From contig OX597814.1 of assembly GCA_951406725.2 (NCBI GenBank), forward strand, positions 21,080,001-21,144,000: DNA of 64,000 nt, in the 5' to 3' direction. Position numbers and translations under genes: made by a program. Shown piece after piece: positions 21,802 through 33,729 of the stretch (the first letter of the stretch is position 1; the number at the start of each line of letters is the position of its first letter). The notes below the pieces were generated by a model. That model was not told where the DNA came from. It saw only the letters and a program-made list of their open reading frames with translations, and did not search any database. Source of the stretch: Octopus vulgaris. Taxonomy: Eukaryota.

Positions 21802-23985
21802 GAGCTGAATGACCACGTGTCGTGTCATACAGGCGGCGAGGCCACGGATGTCTGCGGAGACACCTTGCGAGAGTGGAGGCAGACGGCGGGGGCCTCCACG
21901 ATTGTCGATTTAAAGTCGGCATACCTTCAGGTTCATGTGGCTGAGAAACTATGGAGGTACCAGCTCGTCAGGTATAGGGGCCGGACGTACTGTCTGACCA
22001 GGTTGGGATTCGGGCTGAATTCAGCTCCGAAGATTATGGCAACAATTCTCAAGGCCATCCTGGGGAAGGTGGACAGAGTAAAAAGGGCCACCAATTCATA
22101 CATCGACGACATTCTGGTGGATGAAACCATGATGCCAGCAACGGAGGTCATAGGCCACCTGAAGAGTTTTGGACTGATCGCCAAGCCGCCAGAGGCTATG
22201 GAGGGAGGTGCTGCACTGGGCCTCAAGCTATGGAGAGACAAAGCCGGCGCCTTGGTGTTCCGGCGAGGGAATGAGATCCCTGAACTGGGCGCCAGCATGA
22301 GTAGACGGGAGCTGTTCTCTGTGTGTGGGAAACTGGTGGGACACTACCCGATTGCAGGCTGGCTCCGGACAGCATGCAGCTTCATCAAGAGACGAGCCGA
22401 AGGAGTGAAGTGGAATGATAAAGTGGGGGAGAGGACGATCGACATGATGCAGGAAGTCCTGGTCAGAGTAGGAGCAGAGGACCCGGTGAGGGGCAGCTGG
22501 TATGTTCCCAAATCAAAGAGCGGGATCGTATGGTGTGACGCCAGTAGCATCGCAATAGGGGTCGTCTTGGAAGTGGGAGGTGTCACGGTGGAAGATTCAG
22601 CCTGGCTCAGGAAGATGGATGACTGCAGTCACATCAACGTGGCGGAGTTGGAAGCCGTGCTGAAGGGGGTGAACCTAGCCGTGAAGTGGGGGTTGCACAC
22701 CATAGAAATCAGGACTGATTCAGCCACTGTACTTGGTTGGGCGACGGCAGTCATCACCGATGAGCGGAGGATGCAGACCAAAGGGGCTGCAGAGATGCTG
22801 GTAAAGCGTCGATTGGGGATACTGCGTGAACTGACCACTGAGTTCAATCTGAAGCTGAGCGTGATCTTTGTGCCTTCCGAGAAGAACAGGGCAGACGTCC
22901 TGACCAGGGTTAAGCGAGCCTGGTTGCAAGTGCCAGAGGATGCGAAGCAGGATGTAGCTGCAGTATGCCATCTGAGCGACTCGGAGTTGCGGAGACTGCA
23001 CACCATGCATCACATGGGTGTGGACAGGACGTTGTTCCTGGCCAGAAAAGTCGACTCCGACGTAACAAGACAGAGCGTGCGGAGAGTGGTTAGCAGTTGT
23101 GACAGGTGCCAGCCCATCGACCCTGCTCCGGTCGTGCATGAAGCGGGAAGTATTCCAGTGGACCAGGACTGGAGACGACTGGCGGTGGACATAACACACT
23201 ACCGGCAGGGGACATACCTCTCAATGGTTGACTGCGGACTGGGGCAGTTCGCCATATGGAGGGAGATGAGGTCAGGAACCGCAGAAGAAATTGCGAAAGT
23301 GCTGAACGAGATATTCCTGGAACGAGGCCCCGTGGATGAACTGCTTCTGGACAACGGCACTGCATTTCGCTCGGAGGCGCTGAGAGAAATGCTTGATGAG
23401 TGGAAGGTCAACCGCTTCTTCAGGGCGGCATACCGGCCAAGTGGAAACGGGGTGGTGGAAAGGCATCATCGTACCATCAAGGCCATGGCAGAGAGGGGTC
23501 ACATTTCACCAGTCGAGGCCGTGTTTTGGTACAACATGTCGCCCAGATCAGGACAGGCCGAGGAGTCGGTGCCACACAGGGCAATATTCAGGTACGAGTG
23601 GAGGCATCCGTGTACTACATCAATGCGACCCAGGGCAGAGGAAGAGCACGCCTTCGTGCAGGTCGGGGAGGAAGTCTGGGTAAAACCCCCAAACGCACGG
23701 TGTACATCGCAATGGGGAAAGGGGACAATAACCTCCGTAAATTCAAAGAATAACATCTCGGTCGATGGTATGCCACGCCACGTTTTGGACATACGGAGGA
23801 TTGTCCATGCCCCGGAGGATGGGACAAGCAACAGTGGGCAAGACGATAACAACAGACAGGATGACGAGGTCGGCAGCAACACGCCAGAAACAAGTCCTAG
23901 GGTCGCACTGCGACCACAGAGGGAGCGGCACCCTCCTCCCTGGTTGGCTGACTATGAAACCAGTTTCAGGTGCGGGAGCGAGTGA
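21802..23985 (+). CDS. pol: Pol C-terminal part: RT, RNase H, integrase (separated from the protease by a small deletion)
   Basis: DLKSAYLQ, LGFGLNSAP, YIDD; WCDAS, AELEA, TDS, NRAD; H-H...CDRC zinc finger; D(ITH), D(NG), E(RHH) catalytic triad. Confidence 0.93.
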   Translation, partial: ELNDHVSCHTGGEATDVCGDTLREWRQTAGASTIVDLKSAYLQVHVAEKLWRYQLVRYRGRTYCLTRLGFGLNSAPKIMATILKAILGKVDRVKRATNSYIDDILVDETMMPATEVIGHLKSFGLIAKPPEAMEGGAALGLKLWRDKAGALVFRRGNEIPELGASMSRRELFSVCGKLVGHYPIAGWLRTACSFIKRRAEGVKWNDKVGERTIDMMQEVLVRVGAEDPVRGSWYVPKSKSGIVWCDASSIAIGVVLEVGGVTVEDSAWLRKMDDCSHINVAELEAVLKGVNLAVKWGLHTIEIRTDSATVLGWATAVITDERRMQTKGAAEMLVKRRLGILRELTTEFNLKLSVIFVPSEKNRADVLTRVKRAWLQVPEDAKQDVAAVCHLSDSELRRLHTMHHMGVDRTLFLARKVDSDVTRQSVRRVVSSCDRCQPIDPAPVVHEAGSIPVDQDWRRLAVDITHYRQGTYLSMVDCGLGQFAIWREMRSGTAEEIAKVLNEIFLERGPVDELLLDNGTAFRSEALREMLDEWKVNRFFRAAYRPSGNGVVERHHRTIKAMAERGHISPVEAVFWYNMSPRSGQAEESVPHRAIFRYEWRHPCTTSMRPRAEEEHAFVQVGEEVWVKPPNARCTSQWGKGTITSVNSKNNISVDGMPRHVLDIRRIVHAPEDGTSNSGQDDNNRQDDEVGSNTPETSPRVALRPQRERHPPPWLADYETSFRCGSE

Positions 23986-24020
23986 GGAAGCCGGTTCAGT
24001 GATCTATAGATCAGGGGGCG

Positions 24021-24295
24021 TGTGGTGTGGTGTTGAAGGAGTGTGACGGAGCGGGAGGGAGCGGAAGTGGGTCTTGCAGGTCTTGCAGGGCGCATGCGCC
24101 GGCGGAAGCGGAAGTGACAGAGAGAATGCACGTGCGGCATTGACCAGGCCAGAGGGACTTGAGAACGACGCCAAGACGACAAGATGCTAGCAAGTTGGCT
24201 GAAGGCGAATCCGACTTCATCTCCTCAGGTAAGACCAAATTACACTTCTAATTCTTTCCTTGTTCTGTTATGCTCCTTTCACCACACTTATTACA
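24021..24295 (+). repeat. 3' LTR
   Basis: Direct repeat of 20053-20327; preceded by a short purine run AGGGGGCG. Confidence 0.97.
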
Positions 24296-24735
24296 GATAT
24301 GAAGTTTAAGGAAGTAGGTAAAACAGATTCAACATGTTTATGATAAATGTGTCCTCTTATTTTTATTTTCTTATTTTAACAGCAAATCTATGGTTCAGAC
24401 ATTAAAAAGGAAAAAAGGAAAAAGAAGAAATGTGAACATAAATGCTATTGCATGGTGATTGTTCCTTCATAGAATTTAATGTTGTATTCTCTAATTGCTC
24501 ACCTTATGCCACTAAGTCATAACACAGACACACACACACATACACAAACCAGGCATTCAATAGAGTTCCGTTATTTAGTAAGGTTGAAGTTTCAATGTGT
24601 CATTCTGCAGGAATATTCATATATAATTATCAAGTAAAACTTACTAGTAACACCACTAATTGATTGGTTGAGTTTTATCTTGTTATTATAAACACAAATA
24701 TAAACTAACACATTGATTCTCAAACTAACAAATAC

Positions 24736-24803
24736 CAGGTTTCTTACTCCTCCACCGTCCCAAAATATCAGTGAAATTTTCAGCAGTCCCTGGCCCACCA
24801 TCG
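24736..24803 (-). CDS. Candidate internal exon of an unidentified host gene
   Basis: GC-richer island; acceptor tttacattaatacatAG, donor CTG|GTATTT; open frames DGGPGTAENFTDILGRWRSKKP or MVGQGLLKISLIFWDGGGVRNL. Confidence 0.3.
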
Positions 24804-25149
24804 CTATGTATTAATGTAAAGATAAAACAGAGTTTGCATTTGTATAATTTTTCTTTCTTTGCCATTGTGTTGTAAAAATTAGAAAATTTAAAAACATCTT
24901 AATTTTATTAAACATGGCAATTTGTTAGTCCCCTTTTCAATTTTCCTTCACAGACTCCCTTTCAATCTGCTTTCTCTTCAATCCCCAATGAAAACAGTGA
25001 AATATCATGACACTACACCAATTCTTCTTTTACCTCACTTTCTCTTGACTCAGACTTATATAAGTCAGCAAAGAAGCCTCAATAGGAAAAGACCCATCCA
25101 ACTAAATAGAATGGGTCATCTCAAGGACTGCAAATCACTAATTGTCTTG

Positions 25150-25325
25150 GTCCCTTGAAATCTCCTCTATGAAGCTCAACTTCTTTAGATCATTCATCAT
25201 TACTTTGTCCCATATCTTCCTGGGTCTTCCTCTTCCACAGGTTCTCTCCACATTTAGAGATCAGCACTTCTTTATGCAGATGCCTTCATCTGTGTGCATC
25301 ACATGACCATATCAGCACAGTCACT
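25150..25325 (-). mobile_element. Older RTE ORF2 C-terminal fragment
   Basis: Encodes GRGRPRKIW-like motif; similar to 27030-27170. Confidence 0.6.
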
Positions 25326-26342
25326 CAAAATGAAAATCTTAAGGTATTTTATCAAATTATAATTATTTTTGAAGATCCAACTCTGTATTGAAGAACCAGT
25401 GTATGTAGATCAGCTAGTACAGAGGAGATGTAATCGAAATTAATAGAAGGGTTCCAATAGTTAGTATTTTCTCTTTCTTTGCTAGCCAACATATTTGAGA
25501 CATTTATAAGGTCAACCGTGGAAGACATGATAAATTATACAGCAAATTTGAATGGGTGGACCTATTCACTATAAATCCTGATCTTATTTTAAACCAAATC
25601 TAAAAACACAAAGCTTAAATGCTATGACATTATGTGAATTCACTAATATATAGAATTGTTACATAAACAACTAAAATGTCCAAGTTAAATATTATCTTCT
25701 GATATCTCCTGATACCCAACCTTAGTATAATGTAAATTTATATTTGTGTTCTAACATTGAAAATGTGATTCTGTTAACTTAAATTTATTATTTGTGCTGT
25801 AGTTTTGCTTTTGGCCTAAGGTTAAAATAAAAACTGCACATTATAAAATGTTTCTTATTTAAGAATCCTGATTTAAATTAATGAGGATGGTTAACATTGC
25901 GGTGTCTGAAAGATTTTAGTAGTAACCTGGTTCATTCGACCGAATGAGGGAAAGCTCAATTATTGTATGATGAGTTAGAGAAATAGAATAGCATATCTCT
26001 AACAAAAATGGAATAGCAAATCTCTAGCAAAAATGAAGCCTGCCCATTTACCATTGCTATTCAATTTGATAACTGTAATTTGTTTAATTTAAAGAGTTGG
26101 AAATCTGAGTGTGGCCTCCATCAGCCAAGGTTGGTCATGCATCTGCACATGTATGTACATGGCTGGATAAGATTTTTTGAGGAAGACTAGCAGTGGCCCA
26201 TACATGTAAGTCTTACCTTTCAGTACTACTAATATTTATCTAAGGGAAATGACACCAGCTTGGGCTGAAACAGCCTGGCACCAGTATCACTGCATATATG
26301 AATAAATATAAATATATAAAAATTATATAAATAAATATGTAA

Positions 26343-27830
26343 ATCATCATCATCAGCATCATTTAATGCTTGTTTTCCATGCTGGCATAGGTTGGATGGT
26401 TTGACTGGGGACTGGCAAGCCAGGAGGTCACACTAGGCTCCAATCTCAGTTGGTAATGTTTCTACAGCTGGATGCCCTTCCTAACGCCAACTACTCTAAG
26501 AGTGTAGTGGGTACTTTTTACATGCCACCAGCATGGGAGCCAGTCAGCGGCACTAGTATTGGCTACATTCAGATGGTGTTTTTTATGTCCCACCAACACA
26601 GGAGCCAGTCGGGGCAGGGCCTGGCACTGACCATGTTCGGATAGTGTTTTTTATGTACCACTGGCACAGGGAGCCAGTCAAGCAGATCTGGCAATAACAC
26701 ATGCATGCATGGTGCTTATTGCATGCCACCAGCACAGGATCCAGTCAGGTGGCACTGGTATCAGCCACAACTACAATTGCCATTTGATTGTGATTTGATT
26801 TGATTTGATTTTGATTTTGGTTTTGATTTACTTGACTCAATAGGTCTCAAGTAGGGCAGGTCACCTGATGATTCAAAGGTACTTTTTTAAGTGGGCTGGT
26901 TATGTGATACTGGTGTAGGCTATGGCTGTGATCTCACTTTACTTGCGGGTCTTCTCAATCATAGCATATCTCCAGAGGTCTCAGTCTTTCGTCATTACCT
27001 CTGTGAGGCCCAACATTTGAAAGGTCATGCTTCACCACCTCATCCCATGTCTTCCTGGGTCTACCTCTTCCATAGGTTCCTTCCACTGTTAGGGAGTGAC
27101 ACTTCTTCACACAGCTCTCCTCACCCATATGTAGCACATGACCATACCAGTGCAGTTGTCAATCTTGCACACCACATCTGATGCTTCTTAATTCCAACAT
27201 TTCTCTCAGGGCACTTACCCTGTCGTGTGGGCATACTGACATTACACATCTAGCGGATCATACTAGCTTCATTTCTTTCGAGCTTACACATGTCTTCAGC
27301 TGTCACAGCCCATGTTTCACTGCTGCGTAGCATGGCAGTTCAAACACATGCATCATACAATCTACTTTTCACTCTGAGCGAGTCACCAGCAGAGGTAGGA
27401 GCTTTCTGAACTTTGACCAGGCTATTCTTATTCTAGTGGCAATGCTTTCTGAGCATCCACCCTCACTACAGCTTTGGTCACCAAGGTAGTGGAAGCTATC
27501 AACTACTTCTAGTTTCTCCCCCTGGAATGTGATGGAATCAGTTCTGAACATCTGCAGTGTTTATTGCCCCTGTGCATCTGCCATACACAAAAGCCATCTT
27601 CCCAGTTAGCCTTCCTTTGATGTTACTGCACCTCTTATGCATCCATAGCTTACACTGGGTACATCTTATGGAGTTTCTACCTACACCTTTTCTACAGATC
27701 AAACAGGGCCATCTACCTGAAAGGGTTTGTGATGTGTTCACCTTCCTACTTACTAGGACTTTGGTTTTTGCAACATTGATTCTAAAACCCTTCGATTCTA
27801 AACCTTGCTTCCACACCTGAAATTTCTTCT
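26343..27830 (-). mobile_element. 5'-truncated decayed RTE-clade LINE (ORF2 C-terminus, 3' UTR array, (GAT)n tail)
   Basis: GFRINVAKTKVLV, WPCLICRKGVGRNSIRCTQCKLWMHKRCS, LEVVDSFHYLG, RIRIAWSKFRKL, GRGRPRKTW across frameshifts. Confidence 0.9.
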
Positions 27831-29723
27831 ATAGTATTGTTAAATATTAAATATAAATAAATATGACTTAAATTAAGAACTGGGGGTCAATCTGTTTAGC
27901 TAAAGCCTTCAAGGTAGAATCCCAGCTGAGCTTCAGTCTAATGACTGAAATGAGTAAAAGATGAAGATAAAAGATAAATTCCTTACTTTACTATTAAAAT
28001 ATAGAAGACATCAATATGATTCTAACCAATCTTAAATGGTTTTTTATCTCCGTATTTCAACAACAATTAGTGGAACATCAATAGTTTTTCTGCACTCACA
28101 AGCATTTGTATAAATTTGTCTGTTTTTACTGAGGGGCTACACTAATTTTCTATGTATTGTTCCAGTTTTATTACATGTGTACTGCCAAAAATTTATACAT
28201 TTTTGGACGCTGGCCAAATTCTTTAGACACATGAAATTATTATTAAAAAAGAAATTTTAAAACCTTATGTAACTTCTTCAAGGACCGTGAATCAATATGA
28301 TGGTAAACTTAACTATTCAACAAACAGATATTGATCAAATGACTAAAATTCTTGATGATAGAAGCCAAAAAAAGGAGATATATGTGAACAACAACATAAT
28401 GTCTATGATGATAAATTTTCTGTGAGAAATGTGGAGAAGTAATCACCTACATATATATATTTATATATATATCATTCAACTATGGTAGTAATTGAATAAT
28501 ATTCTTAAGGCCACATGCAGAATCTTTTAGAGATTGTCACTAATTCAGTTCTTAACCAAATTGAAATCTCTTAACAGTTTTGAAGAGGACTGGTCCTTAG
28601 CTACATTTTGGCATAAAAAATTGAAATTTGATCTGGTAGAAAAAAGTTTACATCAAAATTTGTAGCAATGTTATAAGAGAGGAAGTAACACCACCAATCA
28701 AGTTTAGATCTAAATAACTTTTTTATTTTAAAACCAAAATATATTTCCCTTAGTTTCAATGATAGAAGAAAGCATGAAGAATTTCATAATTTTGGTCCCA
28801 TGCAACAAAAATTTGTATCAAAAAAGTTGTGAGGTAAAACATCATAAGAAAATATATGTAAGGCAAAAAACTGGATTTAAGTATAATCAACTTTTTCATT
28901 TTAAAAACAAACTATATTTTAATAGAGCTCAATTCTAGGAATTTCATGGTATCAATCTCATGTAATGAGGTTTTAAAAGAAAAATGTTATGAGTGTTTGT
29001 TTCTCAAATTTGAGGGTGATAATATAGTTCTATACTTTTTTATGAATATAGCTCCATAAGGGGACTTTTAATATGTCACTGGTGTCATTGAGGTAAGGAA
29101 AAATTTATCAAACTGAAAATGGCTCTGAAAATATGGTAAATATTTCATAAAAGACCCGTTCATAACTTCGGTGTGAAATAATTTTTTCCATAGGATTTTT
29201 TTGAGTGCATTCAACCCATCTCACCGCCAAGGTTTAGCTGCTATTTCTAGCACGTTGGTACCATGTAACAGCTATTTGCAATAAAGGATCCAAAATAGCT
29301 GTTACATGGTAGCAGGGCGTGCAAGAAATAGCAGCCAGATCTTACCTTTTTGTGGAAAGGTGCCGTTTACGTGTGATTTCAATGTCACATTCGAAAATAG
29401 CCAAGCCAGCATATAATGGGAAAAATGCTTTGAAAGTAATGTACCACTGAAATGTGAATACACAACAAAAGTTTTGCATAAATTGGACCGTGGATTTCTG
29501 AGATACATGGTTTTTTTGGGTACCTTGAACTATTGGTGACCCAACATGTCACAAGTAGTCTAGTATATATATATATATATAAATGAAAAATAGGATAAAA
29601 TATTTATAAGAATTTATCAAGTAGTTAGCGTGAAAAACCTCATAAGGGAAAAATTTAAGTATTCCTTTTAAATATATTTATTTATATTAAGGGCATTACT
29701 ATACATAAATGCCTCAGGCTAGA

Positions 29724-29788
29724 GGGACTCTTAAAGTCAAAACTAACATAATAAACATTATTATAGTAGTTTTGACTTTAAGAGTCCC
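29724..29788. repeat. Inverted repeat (22-bp arms) in a (TA)n-adjacent element
   Basis: gggactcttaaagtcaaaacta ... tagttttgactttaagagtccc. Confidence 0.85.
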
Positions 29789-30061
29789 GCCTAGCGTGAT
29801 GCCTTTAAGTATTCACTACCACTGCGAATTGAATTACTTAAGTAACACAATCCATCAATTTCTTTTAGAGGATTGTGATCGTCCAGTTATTTGAAAGAAT
29901 CTATTTCGATGTGTTCTTAGGGTTTATTGCTTCCATTCATCTGCCACATATTCATCTCCCTTCTCAGTTAGCCTGCCTGTGATCTCACTACATCTGTTTT
30001 ACATTGGGGACATCATATCTTATGCATCTCAAGCATGTCCATTTCACTGATGGTAGAAGAG

Positions 30062-32700
30062 GCAAAGTTGGCAGTATATTCTCCACATCGTACAAATGAT
30101 GTACCGCTCACGGCGACGCTGGAGAGAGTAGAGTTTCAAGGCTTTAAGGCGATCCCAATAATCGAGAGCAGCCATGCCTTCAATTCGTTTAGTGAGTGCC
30201 CTCTGGGGTGATTCAATCCTCGAGATGTTTTGTCTTGTATGGGGATGTTTTGTCTTGCAGCAGTATTCGTACAAAGGAGGAGAAAAGTGGTATGATGACA
30301 CCTTGTTCTCTGGACCGGAAAGTTCTTAAGATCCAGGAACTCATCCTACGAGCTATATCGACCTTCTTGTTGATGTGTGCACTCCAACTGAGATCGTCAT
30401 CAACAATTACACCCAGGTCTCTGATATTGTTAGAGGCTGTGAGCGGTTCCCCTGAAGGAAGAGAGTATGGCTGTTTTAGTGAGGAATTTCTTCCAAAATG
30501 CATCAGCTCAAATTTTCCCTCATTCAGTTGCATTTTGTTTCTGTCTGCCCATTCACTCACAGCATATAGATCAGACTGGAGTTGAGTTCGGTCTGCTTCT
30601 TCATTGACGATTTACTGGAGCTTAGTGTCATCAGCAAATATTTTCACTTTGCAATAATGTACGACACTGGAAAGGTCGTTTATATAGATTATAAAGAGTA
30701 GCGGGCCCAAGACAGTCCCCTGGGGGACACCGCTGGTGACTTTTGCTGGGCTTGAGTGGACTCCATCAACTACAACATGTTGTGTTCTATTCGCCAGGAA
30801 ATACTTAATCCAGTGAAGAACTTTTTCACGGATTCCAACATTTGCCAATTTTGAGAGTAGGATATTATGGTCTACCCTGTGGAACGCTTTATTGAAGTCA
30901 AGACATATGACATCAGAGTTCGAACCTGTTCCCAAGGCTTTGAGTATATCTTCAATGTGGTGTAAGAGCTGTGTTAGACAGTCTCTGCCACAGCGAAAGC
31001 CATGCTGATTTGCATTTAGGAGTTTGTGGGCCTCCAGGAAGTCAGCTATCCTTGATCTTAACACTCTTTCAAACACTTTAATGATGTGGGAGGTGAGTAA
31101 GATTGGGCGATAGTTGACTGCGAGGGATCTGTTTCCCTGTTTGAAAACCGGGATGACTGACTGGGATAGAAACTGTTTCGGTATATAACCTGCGTCTAAC
31201 GAATTTCTCCAGAGGTTGGTCAGAGGGACTGCAAGTTGGTGTCTACATTCATTCAGGAGACTAGTGGGGAATCTTTCAGGGCCTACAGCAGAGTAGTATT
31301 TGACCTCATTTATTGCTGCTACGATGTCAGTGGCAGTGAAGGTTATGTCTGAGATTTTATGTTGGGAATCAACTTCGTTCGCTTCTCTTACGTCAATATC
31401 AGTATCAGTGGGAACACTAAAGACAGAACAGTATTGTTTCTGCAGTATTTCTGCCATTTCTTTAGCATCGTGTTGGGGAATGCCGTTATCATCAATCAAT
31501 GGCCCAATGGATGAGACAGTGGTTCTATGCTTATTTGCATAAGAATAGAACACTTTTGGGTTCCGTTTGATATTTTTGATTACCCACTGTTCCTCCACAG
31601 CTCTTTGATTTTCAATGGAGGTTTTCATGTCGGTCTGCAGATGAAGTTTTTCCAGCTCTAGCCTTTTCATTGTTGTTGAATGTGGATGTTGTATGTGGGA
31701 ATATTTTAATTGGTTGATTCTTTTATTGAGTCTTTTGATGCGCCTGATGAGTGTTTTTTCTTTTTAGGGAGCCGGTTTCTGTTTGTGTTAGTAGATTTCG
31801 TGGGAGCGTATTTAGAGCATGTATAGGTGACAATGTTTTCAAAGTGCTGCCATGCGGCCTCAATATGGGTGGAATTGAGAGTAAAAGACCAGTCGATGAA
31901 AGACAGATCCTTTCTGATTGCTCCCCAGTCCGCTTTGTGGAAGTTTATGTTGTCAAATGAATGCCATGGAGTATTCTGAGAGGAGGGTTTTTTCAACTGA
32001 AATACTGTGAACGAAGCTAGAGTGATTGGTCAATACCAGATCCAAGATCGTTTTATTCTGTCTCGTTGGTTCGAATACTAGCTGAGTCAGGAAGAATTCA
32101 TCCATTAGATTAAAGAGCAGTTCTGCTGCTGCTCTATCTGATGTAGAGCATTTGCCTAACTTCAGAGTATTTGTGGGCCAGTTCACATGAGGGAGGTTAA
32201 AATCACCCATCACTAGTATGTTTCCGGAGTTATACTTCCGAAAGAAGGACTTGACTTTGCTAAGGCACACTTCAAAGCACTTTAGAGGTGCTTGGGGAGG
32301 CCTGTAAAGACCAACAATGATTATGTCCTTGGCCTTGCTGAATAGTGATACAGATTCACAATAGCCATTGGAAAATATGTCCTTGGCATCAAGTGAAAAG
32401 GAGTCATGGATAAAGATGGCTGTCCCTCCCTTATTTCGGTCTGTGCGATCCGCACGAACAATGGTGAAATCTTTTATTTTCACCTCTGCGTCCATATGGG
32501 TGTTGTTCAGGTGAGTCTCAGTAAGGATAAAGAAAGGGAAGCAATGTGCCGTTTCGGCAAGCCAACTCTCTATAGATGGGATCTTCCATTTTTGGGCAAT
32601 AATTGATGGGTTGATGCCACGTACATTTAACAGAAATGTCGAGGTAAGGGAAGTTTGATGTTTGCATTGTTCTAAGTTATGTTTTATGTTGTTCAGTAGT
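30062..32700 (-). pseudogene. LINE ORF2 (AP endonuclease plus reverse transcriptase), frameshifted
   Basis: LNVRGI, LTETHL, GLYRPP, MGDFN, LDLVL; NYRPI, QHGF, LDFNKAF, GVPQGTVLGPLLF, FADD, RDLGV; split over 5 ORFs. Confidence 0.93.
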
Positions 32701-33729
32701 AACAATGTGGGTAGTTCTTGTATGGAGCTGTGTGTGTATGATTTTCTTGTTGGTAGTGGGTGTGTGGTCCTTGTGATTTGCATAGATGGTTGCTGATAGC
32801 TCGTTGGATCTCCTTGCTTAGGTCGGCCTTCATATTTTCTAGGTAAGTCAATAAAAAAGAGTTGCCTCTTTGGTTTGCCACTTGGTCAGAGGATACATAT
32901 TTCATGTTTATGTTATTTGGTGTTATGGTTTTTTCATGGTTCTGTTTTTGTTGTTTGATTGTAGGAGGGAAAACGTGGTTGTATTTTGTTTTTGTTGTTG
33001 TCGTAGATCTCCTCTGTTGCTGTTTATATTTATTTTGCGATCGTTTTGTGCCCTTCAGATGGTAATGGTTGCATTCTGGGTTCAGGCACATCCTTAGTGA
33101 CACAGAAGTTTGGCACAGTTTAGGATGGAAGAAGGTGCATCCATTGCCTTTTGTGCATCCATATTTGGGATCAGGACCATGGACTCTGTATTTAGGACAG
33201 TATTTGGGGTGGAGGTGAGGGCAGTTTTTTCCCGTTATACCAAATGGACCGGTGCCCATAACAAGTCTACGACATAAGGTAGGATGGAAAAAAGCACAGC
33301 GTCCCTTGTTGTTGGTGCCACTGGGGCCAAATCTACAGTTGCCTTGAGAATAGTAACGGCGAGGTGTTTGACGTGGGTGTAGTAGTGGTTTTTCTATTCT
33401 GGCAGGCCCGTTGGTCAGTGGTCCTATTTAGTAGCAATAGCAGAGTGTTGTTTTTGTTGTTGTTGCTGTTGCTGTAGCAGCAGTGAAACTTGACTTGCAA
33501 CAGTAGGGCTGGGTGGAATCGTGTAAGATACTGGTGCTAAACAAGGTGCTTCCAATGTAGTAGCAGAAGCAGGCTGTTGTTGTGATAGTGAGTCCTGGCT
33601 TGCCAAGGTAGTGTTGGGTGGAATTAGGTCAGATGTTTGTTGCTGGCTATGAAGTGACCCCTGACCTGTTGGAGTTGGGTCATTTGGTGCACTACATTCA
33701 TTGACAAGGATGGCTTCTAGTGTTGCCAT
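32693..33729 (-). pseudogene. LINE ORF1 with tandem CCCH-type zinc fingers
   Basis: Q/P/T-rich N-terminus, then ...GNCRFG...CAFFHP, CPHLHP, CPKY...CTKGNGCTFFHP, CQTS...CLNPECNHYH; disrupted near 33424. Confidence 0.8.

Larger units (their letters stand above)
20053..24295 (+). mobile_element. Full-length Ty3/Gypsy LTR retrotransposon (4243 bp), young but pol-defective
   Basis: Two 275-bp TG...CA LTRs differing at 5 positions; 5-bp duplication GATAT (20048-20052, 24296-24300); domain order gag-PR-RT-RNaseH-IN. Confidence 0.97.

Noticed and set aside
20280-23931. Antisense ORFs within the Gypsy element (for example 248 aa at 20280-21026)
   Set aside because: Expected shadows of GC-rich coding sequence; no recognisable motifs.
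26215-26295. Minus-strand exon with a strong AAG|GTAAGA donor
   Set aside because: All three frames contain stops; it could be a UTR exon but this cannot be supported from sequence alone.
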